Below the pieces are notes generated by a model. That model was not told the DNA's origin and made no database searches. It saw only the letters and a list, made by a program, of their open reading frames with translations. From NCBI RefSeq assembly GCF_005696695.1, contig NZ_CP040006.1, forward strand, positions 1,140,001 to 1,172,000: a stretch of 32,000 bases of DNA, written 5' to 3'. Source of the DNA: Schaalia odontolytica (GTDB taxonomy: Bacteria > Actinomycetota > Actinomycetes > Actinomycetales > Actinomycetaceae). The position numbers and the translations under genes were made by a program. Below, piece by piece: positions 18,401 through 25,782 of this stretch (position 1 is its first letter; each line of letters begins with the position of its first letter).

Positions 18401-18580
18401 GCGCACCGCATCGGTCAGACGAAGAAAGTCAATGTCTATCGAATGGTTGCCACTGACACGATCGAGGCGAAGGTCGTGGAACTTCAGGATCGCAAGCGCC
18501 AGCTCATTTCTTCGGTGATGAATGGGACCGGGACGGGCGCTCGCCTGAGCGAGGCGGACCTGCGCGGGCTCCTCGACTAA
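15449..18580 (+). CDS. SWIM zinc-finger / SNF2-family DNA-dependent ATPase (HelZ/RapA-like helicase)
   Basis: SWIM CxCx5CxH (CACPLRSDCPH, nt about 15671-15703). SNF2 motifs ILADDMGLGKTVQ (I), VIDEAQAVKN (II) and SGTPIEN (III). Helicase-C motifs LVFSQFTS, SLKAGGSGLTLT and QAIDRAHRIGQ (VI). GAAAGGA lies 5-6 nt upstream of the ATG, and the gap from the imuB stop is only 39 nt. Confidence 0.92.
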   Translation: MVSLSHTLASLSDDDMMALVGPAAWANGLRLARSGAVREFSWSEDGEQAEARVKEAGLTYRVRVAQGAVRPSLACACPLRSDCPHTVATLIVGREDARDKQRSVPEWSRVLEQMLGSDRDRLGEPLALVVDAHDPGVEPSLIPLRRSSSSGWTTKRASWLDLTATQWASVTDGLDPTHVSLMREGYRLSRESRSWHSRTEVTLSSLGEHAYAWLARLVRAGVELYASTEADEKVVLSHATWDADIDVRSSDDGLDVRVVARNGDEVITRPRIDRDASVLLLDGGRGIARIEGVGTLDGFPLDRGLHIPAADVAQFRGTWLPALLRRFSMASSDGSFDAQARPDVSLVGTVRRDGESVVVRWWAEYRQGESRSRTPVAHCADDEAVAEIVGRVELWGRGLDSALWTAPPTTGRLSPWRVPAFLEAVVDTEGIDGLVWDVAEDVRAIDVREDGFDVDVSVDPAERDWFDLNVRLRLGAVTISVRDALEAIAGGQEYVEVEGTWVRLDGERIRSLATLLEEARTLAGWDGEGFRLTPMQVGVVDLFASASDHVRISDAWRTRVAPLRDGSSDEGLPPVPSLSSVLRPYQRHGHAWLTARLSGGIGGILADDMGLGKTVQILSAVAALRAHAPAGDPSPVLVVAPTSVVGVWIDQARTFTPHLRVRAVTETATRRGTTIQEEVADTDIVVTSYTLARLEAEQWNQVRLGGVVIDEAQAVKNPRTATYRALRDLESPWKLAVSGTPIENSLGDLWSLLSLTCPGLLPPWETFQQQVRRPIENGADPAMLGRLTAYVAPFVLRRTKEAVAPDLPDKIVDIVRVDLGKEHRHIYDQYLARERARILDLLRDVDANRMSVLASITRLRQLALDPALVEESYAHVGSAKIEYLADRLDEIVPLGHQALVFSQFTSFLERIRHMLERRGISVVQLDGSTRGRAEVIEKFRSGDAQVFLISLKAGGSGLTLTEADYVYVMDPWWNPAAEEQAIDRAHRIGQTKKVNVYRMVATDTIEAKVVELQDRKRQLISSVMNGTGTGARLSEADLRGLLD

Positions 18581-19641
18581 AGGGCGGTGATGCCCCTCGG
18601 GCGAACGGCGACCTTCAGGCCAGCGCGTGTGCGCACGGCGTCGAGGGCGTCGCTGACGTCGGACAGCTCATACTCGTGTGTGATGAGCGGTGATAGGTCA
18701 ATGCGTCCGCTCGAGAGCGCATCAACCGCCGCCGCGTAGTCGTCAAGGGTCGCGTTCGCGCTGCCGCTGATGGTCAGCTCCCGGTAGTGCAGGAGGTTGG
18801 GGTCGATCTGAGTCATCGCTCCCGCGGGGAAGCCTGCAAAGAAGGACACGTGGCCGCCGATGCGCGCGCACTGAGCGGCAACGGGGACGAGGTCTGGGGC
18901 TCCGACTGCGATGATGACGACGTCTGCTCCAACGCCGTCAGTCCACGTGAGGACCTCACGCACAAGATCCTCGCCTTGGGCGCTGGTCGTCACCTCGGCT
19001 CCCATTGCTCGCGCGGGTTCGAGGCGTGCCTGCCGTCCGCACGCCATGACGCGTGCGCCGGTAGAAACCGCGAGTGCGCAGTGGATGAGGCCGATCGGGC
19101 CAGTTCCCAGAACGAGTACACGGGAGTTGAATTCGATGGGCAGGCGTGCTGTAGCGCGCAGGCAGCACGAGAGCGGCTCGGCGAGCGCGAGGTGAGGCGG
19201 GGCGATCTCGCGAGCGACGGGGGTGATGCAGGCGAGCGCTTCTTCGGGGACGAGGACGAGGTCGGCGAGGCCTCCATCCACCCCCGTTCCGAATAGGCGC
19301 ATGTTCGCGCACACGTTGGAGCGGCCGCTAGTACAGGGGGCGCAGTGTCCGCAGGCGATCTCCGGAGCGAGTCCGACCTGCGTGCCCGGAGCGGGAACGT
19401 CGACCCCTGCGGTGAGCTCGCTTCCAACGCGCCACACGCGTGCGGCAATTTCGTGCCCGAGGATCACACCCGGGGTGACGCCGTTCGTTTTCTGTCCAGT
19501 CGCAATGCGAAGGTCCGTGCCGCACAGGGTTGTTGCTTCGACGGAGAGGAGAACGTCGCGTGGGCCGAGTGTTGGGATGGGGCGTTCGTCGAGTACCAGG
19601 GCACCGGGGGAGCGAAGCGACGCTGCGAGCATGGATTCCAT
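18577..19641 (-). CDS. Zinc-dependent medium-chain alcohol/polyol dehydrogenase (threonine/sorbitol dehydrogenase-like)
   Basis: CGTDLRI and LGHEIA catalytic-zinc context, structural-zinc cluster CGHCAPCTSGRSNVC, Rossmann motif GTGPIGL. I chose the start MESMLAASL (19641). The track start of 19728 would run into the dnaE2 promoter. Confidence 0.88.
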   Translation of the reverse strand: MESMLAASLRSPGALVLDERPIPTLGPRDVLLSVEATTLCGTDLRIATGQKTNGVTPGVILGHEIAARVWRVGSELTAGVDVPAPGTQVGLAPEIACGHCAPCTSGRSNVCANMRLFGTGVDGGLADLVLVPEEALACITPVAREIAPPHLALAEPLSCCLRATARLPIEFNSRVLVLGTGPIGLIHCALAVSTGARVMACGRQARLEPARAMGAEVTTSAQGEDLVREVLTWTDGVGADVVIIAVGAPDLVPVAAQCARIGGHVSFFAGFPAGAMTQIDPNLLHYRELTISGSANATLDDYAAAVDALSSGRIDLSPLITHEYELSDVSDALDAVRTRAGLKVAVRPRGITAL

Positions 19642-19730
19642 GTTCCCAGCATAGGGCTTGTGTTCCTCGTGGGAGGGGCGCCGTTCGTCCTCACTGTACG
19701 CACCAACGTACATCCCCACCATCACCACTA

Positions 19731-19752
19731 TCGAACATATGTTCTATATAAT
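19731..19752 (+). promoter_or_regulatory. LexA (Cheo-type SOS) box TCGAACatatGTTCTA abutting a TATAAT -10 hexamer; leaderless dnaE2 promoter
   Basis: The box is at 19731-19746 and TATAAT at 19747-19752. The GTG start at 19759 lies 6 nt after the hexamer. Confidence 0.85.
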
Positions 19753-19758
19753 GGCTGT

Positions 19759-22700
19759 GTGACCACGGAACGACGCTACGCAGAACTGCATGCGCACAGC
19801 GCCTTCACCTTCCTGGATGGGACCGACGAGCCCGCGCGTATGGTGGAGGAAGCTGCGCGCCTGGGGCTCGATGCCCTCGCGATTCTCGACGTCGACGGCA
19901 TGTACTCAACCGTTCAGACGACGATGGCAGCCCGCGCGGCCGGCCTGCCGATCGTGTACGGCGCTGAGCTCACGCTCGCACCGGATGCTCTGAGAGGTAT
20001 CGTTCCGGGCACATCTGCACCGGGGTGGGGACTCGCTCCCGGAGCTGAAGATCCGGGGATGCGCCTTCCTATTTTGGCGGCCAGCCCCAACGGTTACGCG
20101 CATCTCGTGGGAGCGATGAGCGATCGAGCACTGTCCGAACCTGGGCAGCGCAATCCACGCCACGACCTCGTCAATCTGAGCGAGGTCGGAGGGGAGCTCG
20201 TCGTCCTCACTGGCGGTAGGCGGGGTCCGCTCATGCGCGCGCTGCGAGCCGGGGGATCGGCGTCCGCACGCCGAGTCCTGGATGGGCTCGTGGACGCGTT
20301 CGGTCGCGACCATGTGCTCGTCGAGTGGCAGGCTGCGCGTGGGGATGAGGACGAGGTCGGAGACGTGCTCGCGGAGCTTGCGCGCGCGAGCGGAACTCAC
20401 CTGGTGGCGACGAGCGGAGCGCGCATGTCCTCACCCTCGAAGCAGGCGCTCGGCGACATTTTGACAGCAACCCGCTTGGGATCGTCCTTGGACGAGGCGG
20501 AGGCTCATCTGGGCGCACACCGCTCTTTCCTGCGTTCGCCCGCGGAGATGGCGCGACTGCACGGATCACACCCGCAGGCACTCGACAACACGTGCGAGGT
20601 CGCAGCCGCGTGCGCTTTCGACCTGCGTCTCGTCGCCCCGCGCCTGCCACGTACCCAGGTCCCCGACGGGCACACCCCGGACAGCTGGCTCGCGCACTGC
20701 ACCTACGAGGGCGCGCGCGTGCGCTATGGATCACGCGCGCACCACCCCCGGGCATGGGAGACGATCGAGCATGAACTGGGGGTCATCGAGCGCCTCGGAT
20801 TTGCGGGCTACTTCCTCATCGTCAAGGAGATCGTCGACTTTTGCGCCCGAAACGGGATCCTCTGCCAGGGCAGGGGGAGCGCAGCCAACTCGGCGGTGTG
20901 CTATTGCCTGGGAATCACAGCGGTGGACGCGGTGCGCCACAACCTGCTGTTCGAGCGATTTTTATCCGATGCGCGCTCGGGACCACCGGATATCGACGTC
21001 GATATCGAGGCGTGTCGTCGAGAAGAGGTCATCCAGTACGTCTACGACACGTTTGGGAGGGATTGCGCGGCCCAGGTCGCGAACGTTATCACGTACCGCC
21101 CGCGCTCAGCGATCCGCGACGTCGCGCGCGCCCTCGGCTACCCCGCTGGTACGGCCACAGCCTGGTCCCAAGGCAGGGGAGAAGTGCCACCCCTCGTTGG
21201 GGATGCGGCCCAGGCGCTTGCGCGCCTACCCCGGCACATGGGGATCCACTCGGGTGGCATGGTGCTCACTGATCAGCCGGTATCGCGCATCTGCCCGGTT
21301 GGGTGGGCCGCGATGCCGGGACGTACGGTTCTCCAGTGGGATAAGGAGGACTGCGCGGATGCCGGCCTCGTGAAGTTCGACCTGCTATCGCTCGGCATGC
21401 TGACAGCGTTGCGCGTCGCCTTCGACGAGCTCCAGGCAGGTGATGTGCGTGCGGGGGAGGCCTCGAATCAGCTGCGCGGCTGGGCGCCTCGAGTAGTGCG
21501 AGGACGCGAGGGCCAGCCCCTAGGCCTGCACACCCTGCCGGAGGAGGATCCGAGGGTCTATGACTTGCTGTGCGCGGCCGACACGGTGGGCGTCTTCCAG
21601 GTGGAGTCGCGCGCGCAGATGAACACGCTTCCTAGGCTCAAACCGCGCTGCTTCTATGACATTGTTGTGGAGGTTGCTCTGATCCGACCGGGGCCGATCC
21701 AGGGGCGCTCAGTTAATCCCTATCTGCGGCGTCGGTCGGGACGCGAGAAGGTCACCTATCTGCACCCACTCCTTGAACCCGCCCTGCGCCAGACGCTCGG
21801 GGTTCCCCTCTTTCAGGAGCAGCTCATGCGCATCGCGACGGACGCGGCGGGCTTGTCGGGGGCGCGCGCCGATCAGCTGCGCCGCGCGATGGGCGCCAAG
21901 CGCAGCCCGGAGCGCATGGAAGCCCTGAAAGGGGACCTCATGGCGGGCATGGAGGAACGAGGGATCGATGCGCCCACGCGCGAGCGTATCTTTGAACAGC
22001 TCAAGGGCTTTGCAGACTTCGGATTCCCGGAGTCTCATTCATTTTCGTTCGCGCACATCGTGTACGCATCCTCCTGGCTGAAAGTGCACGCTCCCGAGCA
22101 CTTTTATGCCGCGATCCTGGCCTCCCAGCCAATGGGCTTCTATTCGCCCGCGACCCTCGTGCAGGACGCCCGCAGGCACGGGGTGCGCGTGGCGGGTCCA
22201 TCGGTCAACGATTCACTCGTCGACGCAAGCGTGCAGCGCGTGGGCGAAAATGAGACGGGGGAGTCCTACAACCCGGGGCGCACGGAGGCTTTGCCCTCGC
22301 GCGGCACCGTTGCCCTCGATGTCGATCGCGAGCTTGCGGTGCGTATCGGGCTCTCTCAGGTACGAGGCCTGGGTGCGGTCGCCGAGCGCATCGTCGAAAC
22401 CAGGCGTCAGGGAGCATTTACGAGTCAGGCAGACCTTGCGCGGCGCGCCCACGTGAGCGCCTCCGCCATGGAAAAGCTCGCGATGGCCGGCGCCCTCGAG
22501 TGTCTGGGGGTCGGGCGGCGTGAGGGTGCATGGGCTGCGGGGGCGCTCGCGCAGCCACAGGGTCGGGGCGGTCAATGGCAGCCGTTTCTTCCGGGAACGG
22601 AGGTGGGGTCCCGCGTACCCGAGCTGCCTTCGTTATCGGAGGTGGAACGCATGCGCTCGGATGTCGCTTCGACGGGGCTGACCCCGGGGCTCCACCCTTT

Positions 22701-23043
22701 CAGCTACGTCCGCGGATCGCTGCCCGCTAGCGTCCTCCGAGCTGGCGAACTAGGCCAGCACCTGGCCGGACGCATCGCCGACATCGCCGGAGTCGTCACC
22801 CATCGACAGCGCCCGCACACGGGCGGGGGGATCACGTTCCTCTCCCTTGAAGACGAGACGGGTTTCGTCAACGTCTCTGTCTCGGTGGGTGCATGGAAGA
22901 AATTTCGACGCGTGTGCCTGGAGTCGAATGCGCTCCTCGTTCGCGGGACGCTCGAATGGGGTGACGGCGCGATTAACGTGCAAGCCTTCCAGATCGCCCC
23001 CGTCGACCTGCCCATCGACGTGCGTTCCAGAGACTTTCGCTAA
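19759..23043 (+). CDS. dnaE2: Error-prone DNA polymerase III alpha-subunit paralog DnaE2 (ImuC)
   Basis: Begins VTTERRYAELHAHSAFTFLDGTDEP (PHP domain). Pol III alpha core includes GSAANSAVCYCLGIT, PDIDVDIE and FDLLSLGML, followed by a C-terminal OB fold. It is preceded by a LexA box. The track's 138-codon upstream extension is antisense to the ADH gene and I rejected it. Confidence 0.93.
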   Translation: MTTERRYAELHAHSAFTFLDGTDEPARMVEEAARLGLDALAILDVDGMYSTVQTTMAARAAGLPIVYGAELTLAPDALRGIVPGTSAPGWGLAPGAEDPGMRLPILAASPNGYAHLVGAMSDRALSEPGQRNPRHDLVNLSEVGGELVVLTGGRRGPLMRALRAGGSASARRVLDGLVDAFGRDHVLVEWQAARGDEDEVGDVLAELARASGTHLVATSGARMSSPSKQALGDILTATRLGSSLDEAEAHLGAHRSFLRSPAEMARLHGSHPQALDNTCEVAAACAFDLRLVAPRLPRTQVPDGHTPDSWLAHCTYEGARVRYGSRAHHPRAWETIEHELGVIERLGFAGYFLIVKEIVDFCARNGILCQGRGSAANSAVCYCLGITAVDAVRHNLLFERFLSDARSGPPDIDVDIEACRREEVIQYVYDTFGRDCAAQVANVITYRPRSAIRDVARALGYPAGTATAWSQGRGEVPPLVGDAAQALARLPRHMGIHSGGMVLTDQPVSRICPVGWAAMPGRTVLQWDKEDCADAGLVKFDLLSLGMLTALRVAFDELQAGDVRAGEASNQLRGWAPRVVRGREGQPLGLHTLPEEDPRVYDLLCAADTVGVFQVESRAQMNTLPRLKPRCFYDIVVEVALIRPGPIQGRSVNPYLRRRSGREKVTYLHPLLEPALRQTLGVPLFQEQLMRIATDAAGLSGARADQLRRAMGAKRSPERMEALKGDLMAGMEERGIDAPTRERIFEQLKGFADFGFPESHSFSFAHIVYASSWLKVHAPEHFYAAILASQPMGFYSPATLVQDARRHGVRVAGPSVNDSLVDASVQRVGENETGESYNPGRTEALPSRGTVALDVDRELAVRIGLSQVRGLGAVAERIVETRRQGAFTSQADLARRAHVSASAMEKLAMAGALECLGVGRREGAWAAGALAQPQGRGGQWQPFLPGTEVGSRVPELPSLSEVERMRSDVASTGLTPGLHPFSYVRGSLPASVLRAGELGQHLAGRIADIAGVVTHRQRPHTGGGITFLSLEDETGFVNVSVSVGAWKKFRRVCLESNALLVRGTLEWGDGAINVQAFQIAPVDLPIDVRSRDFR

Positions 23044-23753
23044 CCAGCGCTTCGCGCATGCTGTGCCACGCCATCTAGGAGGTATGTGCGCAGGTCATCG
23101 ACCGTGTCGCACACGGCATCCGCGTCGTCAAGGCCGTCCTCAGTCGCGTAGCCCCACCCAACGCCGATCACTGGAATGCCAGCCTCCTTGGCGCCGCGCA
23201 CATCCCAGATCGAGTCCCCGACGATGACGGGGCGGGAGATGTCGGCGCCGCGGGCCTCCAAGCGCGTCAAGGCCTCGTGAATGACTGTTGCTTTGCTCGA
23301 TGCCGGGTCGGGTGTAGCGCCAGCAATCACGTCAAAAATGCAGGACAGGCCGAGATGCTCCATCTGAGCGAGAGCCATCGGGGCCTGTTTCGACGTCGCG
23401 GTCGCCAACGGAACGCCCGCATCATGAAGTTCGTGAAGCAGATCAATGACCCCGGGGAAGGGCTCGGGATCAAGAAAGTGAGCTTGATATCGCGAACGGT
23501 AGCCGCTCACGAGGTTGGCTAGGAGATCACCCTTGTAACCCAGGTCGCCGAAGGAGTACCACAGCGGCGGGCCGACATAGGTGCGAAGCCGCTGATCGTC
23601 GGGGATCGGCAAATCGTAGTCTGACAGTGCGCCACGAAATGCACTCATGACGGCAGGAGCGGAATCAACAATCGTTCCGTCGACGTCAAAAAGGACAACA
23701 GAAATGGATAAAGACACGTGGCTCCCCCGCGTTGTTGGTGCTTTCTTAGTCAC
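23040..23753 (-). CDS. HAD-superfamily hydrolase (phosphoglycolate phosphatase/PGP-like, subfamily IA)
   Basis: Motif I is VLFDVDGTIVDS and motif IV is IVGDSIWDVRGA, with a helical cap between them. GTG start with GATAAT about 8 nt upstream. Its stop overlaps the dnaE2 stop (CTAA). Confidence 0.85.
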   Translation of the reverse strand: MTKKAPTTRGSHVSLSISVVLFDVDGTIVDSAPAVMSAFRGALSDYDLPIPDDQRLRTYVGPPLWYSFGDLGYKGDLLANLVSGYRSRYQAHFLDPEPFPGVIDLLHELHDAGVPLATATSKQAPMALAQMEHLGLSCIFDVIAGATPDPASSKATVIHEALTRLEARGADISRPVIVGDSIWDVRGAKEAGIPVIGVGWGYATEDGLDDADAVCDTVDDLRTYLLDGVAQHARSAG

Positions 23754-23805
23754 TATGCCCTATTATCCCGAGAGAAGCATCCGACACGACCACGAGGAGG
23801 GAGAC

Positions 23806-24294
23806 ATGGAATCACGAGCACGACTGACGCCGATCGTTCAGGCCAATAGTGCGCGCGCTGCCGCATGGCGAGTCTTCTTCGAGGCGTCCGGGCGCCTACA
23901 GGGCATTCTCGAGACGCGCCTCAAGCGCACCTACGGGGTTTCCATGCCCGACTACAACATTCTCCTGGCCCTTTGGGAGGCGCCTGGCCATCGTCTGCGC
24001 ATGGGCGAGCTGGCCGACCGCGTCGTTTATTCGCCGTCGCGCGTCACCTACCTCGTTTCGAATCTGTCGCGCGATGGATGGGTGGAACGCGTTCCCTCCG
24101 CGGTCGATCGCCGCGGCTACGACGCGTGCCTGACGACCCAGGGGATCGAAACTGTGCTTGCTGCCACAGAGCTGCATCAGCAGACGGTCAGCGAGTACCT
24201 CCTGGATGGCATGACGGACGCCGATATCGACTCAATTGCCAAGGTTTTCGCCACTCTCGACTCGCGCCTGCGCGACGGCGAAAAGGACTCCTAG
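23806..24294 (+). CDS. MarR-family transcriptional regulator
   Basis: Starts at MESRARL after GAGGAGGGA. Winged-helix segment MPDYNILLALWEAPGHRLRMGELADRVVYSPSRVTYLVSNLSRDGWVERVPSAVDRRGYDACLT. Confidence 0.88.
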   Translation: MESRARLTPIVQANSARAAAWRVFFEASGRLQGILETRLKRTYGVSMPDYNILLALWEAPGHRLRMGELADRVVYSPSRVTYLVSNLSRDGWVERVPSAVDRRGYDACLTTQGIETVLAATELHQQTVSEYLLDGMTDADIDSIAKVFATLDSRLRDGEKDS

Positions 24295-24372
24295 TTTCGA
24301 TTGGCGCATATCGCCCACATCGTGTTAAGCTTCTACTCGCTTGCGGATCGCAACGGTTCGCATCGCTCACCT

Positions 24373-24459
24373 GCGCGGGTGGCGGAATAGGCAGACGCGC
24401 TAGCTTGAGGTGCTAGTCCTCATTTTACGAGGGTGGGGGTTCAAGTCCCCCTCCGCGCA
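24373..24459 (+). tRNA. tRNA-Leu (anticodon GAG), class II with long variable arm; CCA not encoded
   Basis: Hand-folded cloverleaf. Acceptor GCGCGGG/TCCGCGC (one G-U pair), D arm GCG-GAATAGGCAGA-CGC, anticodon stem CTAGC/GCTAG with loop TTGAGGT. Variable arm CCTC-attttac-GAGG, T arm GGGGG-TTCAAGT-CCCCC, discriminator A. Confidence 0.9.
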
Positions 24460-24466
24460 CGAAATG

Positions 24467-24494
24467 CCCCGGGGCCGAAAGGCTCCGGGGTTTT
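24467..24494 (+). terminator. Rho-independent terminator after tRNA-Leu
   Basis: CCCCGGGGCC gaaa GGCTCCGGGG (10-bp stem, one G-U pair) followed by TTTT. Confidence 0.8.
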
Positions 24495-24518
24495 CCATAT
24501 CAATCGTGAGGAGGCACC

Positions 24519-25202
24519 GTGCGTATCGACATGTGGCTCGACACCTGCGACCCGTGGAGCTATCTCGGGCTGCGACACCTGCGCGCAGCCCTCGAGGATT
24601 TCGAGCATCGTGACAAGGTTGAGGTCTACCTGCACGCTTTCCTTCTTGACCCGGAACTCGACGCCCCCGTGGACAAGCCCCGCGTCGTTGCTCTCGTGGA
24701 ATCCGGCGCTGCAACGCTCGAAGAGGTGCACGAATCCGACGAGCGCATGCAGGCGCTCGGCGCGCGCGAGGGGATTCGCTTCGACTTCGATAACCTCATC
24801 ATCGCTCCGACGTCGCGCGCACACCGTGTCATCGCGGCCGCGCACGATGCGGATATTGATGCCGATACGGTGGCAGGTCCATCCTCTCTGCAACTGAAAG
24901 TCGCCGAGGCCATTATGCGCGCCCACTTCGAAATGGGGCTGGACATCTCCCACCCCGAGGTTCTCATCGGGTGTGCCCAAGACATCGGAATGCCGCCGGA
25001 GCTTGCTGCTCTCGCTGTGGGCGACGAAGAATGGGCGTCCCGCGTGTATTCAGACTTCCAGATGGCGATGCACATGGGTGTCACCGCCGTCCCAACGTAC
25101 GTCTTCGACGCGCAGTTCCTCGTCGACGGACATCAAACGATCACCGCATTTACGAACATCCTGGCTACGGCCTGGGAACAGTCTCGAAAGGATCACGCAT
25201 GA
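24519..25202 (+). CDS. DsbA/FrnE-like thioredoxin-fold protein with a degenerate active site
   Basis: GTG start after AGGAGG. FrnE-like layout (N-terminal WLDTCDPWSYLG, C-terminal GVTAVPTYVFD..FLVDGHQ). The expected CPWC motif reads C-D-P-W-S (nt about 24546-24560), so only one Cys remains and there is a one-residue insertion. Confidence 0.75.
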   Translation: MRIDMWLDTCDPWSYLGLRHLRAALEDFEHRDKVEVYLHAFLLDPELDAPVDKPRVVALVESGAATLEEVHESDERMQALGAREGIRFDFDNLIIAPTSRAHRVIAAAHDADIDADTVAGPSSLQLKVAEAIMRAHFEMGLDISHPEVLIGCAQDIGMPPELAALAVGDEEWASRVYSDFQMAMHMGVTAVPTYVFDAQFLVDGHQTITAFTNILATAWEQSRKDHA

Positions 25203-25711
25203 GCGAGAAGAACACCCCCACCTCGAACACGCAGGGGGCACCCAGCCCGATGGATCTCGTCATGGAGTTCCATCGCACATACTCGGTGCCGATCCGATCC
25301 TTCAACGATCCGACGCTCTCCTACGATCGCTTGGACCTGCGCATGAGCCTGATCGCCGAAGAATTCGCCGAACTCGTGGGAGCGGTCTACGGCAAGCGCG
25401 CCCGCGCCATCATCGAGGAAGCAACCGCTGAGGCCGTTGCTGCCGACGATGGAGAGCGCGATGTTATTGAGGCTGCGGATGCCCTTGCAGACCTCGTGTA
25501 CGTCATTTTCGGGATGGCGATCGAGTCGGGCATGGATCTGGATTCGGTGCTCGCCGAAGTGCAGGCGTCGAACCTGTCGAAGCTTATGCCTGACGGCTCC
25601 GTCAAGCTCCGCGAAGATGGAAAGGTTCTCAAAGGCCCCAACTTCTTCCCGCCGAATGTTGCGCGCGGCCTCGGCCTGGAGACCGAGGAGAGCGCCAACG
25701 ACGCGGACTAA
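25199..25711 (+). CDS. MazG-like all-alpha nucleoside triphosphate pyrophosphohydrolase family protein
   Basis: Its ATG overlaps the DsbA-like stop (ATGA at 25199-25202). The metal-binding helices LIAEEFAELVGA and EAADALADLVYVIFG are typical of the MazG/HisE-like NTP-PPase fold. Confidence 0.72.
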   Translation: MSEKNTPTSNTQGAPSPMDLVMEFHRTYSVPIRSFNDPTLSYDRLDLRMSLIAEEFAELVGAVYGKRARAIIEEATAEAVAADDGERDVIEAADALADLVYVIFGMAIESGMDLDSVLAEVQASNLSKLMPDGSVKLREDGKVLKGPNFFPPNVARGLGLETEESANDAD

Positions 25712-25782
25712 GGTCCCTAGCACGCGCATTCGTGCCCGCCAGGTGACACAATAGACGCGGTCCACTCATAAGGAGGAAAGAC

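Noticed and set aside
19345-19758. Upstream 138-codon extension of dnaE2 in the ORF track
   Set aside because: It overlaps the 5' end of the ADH gene in antisense and reads through the LexA box and the TATAAT hexamer. DnaE2 homology begins only at VTTERRYAELHAHS (GTG at 19759).
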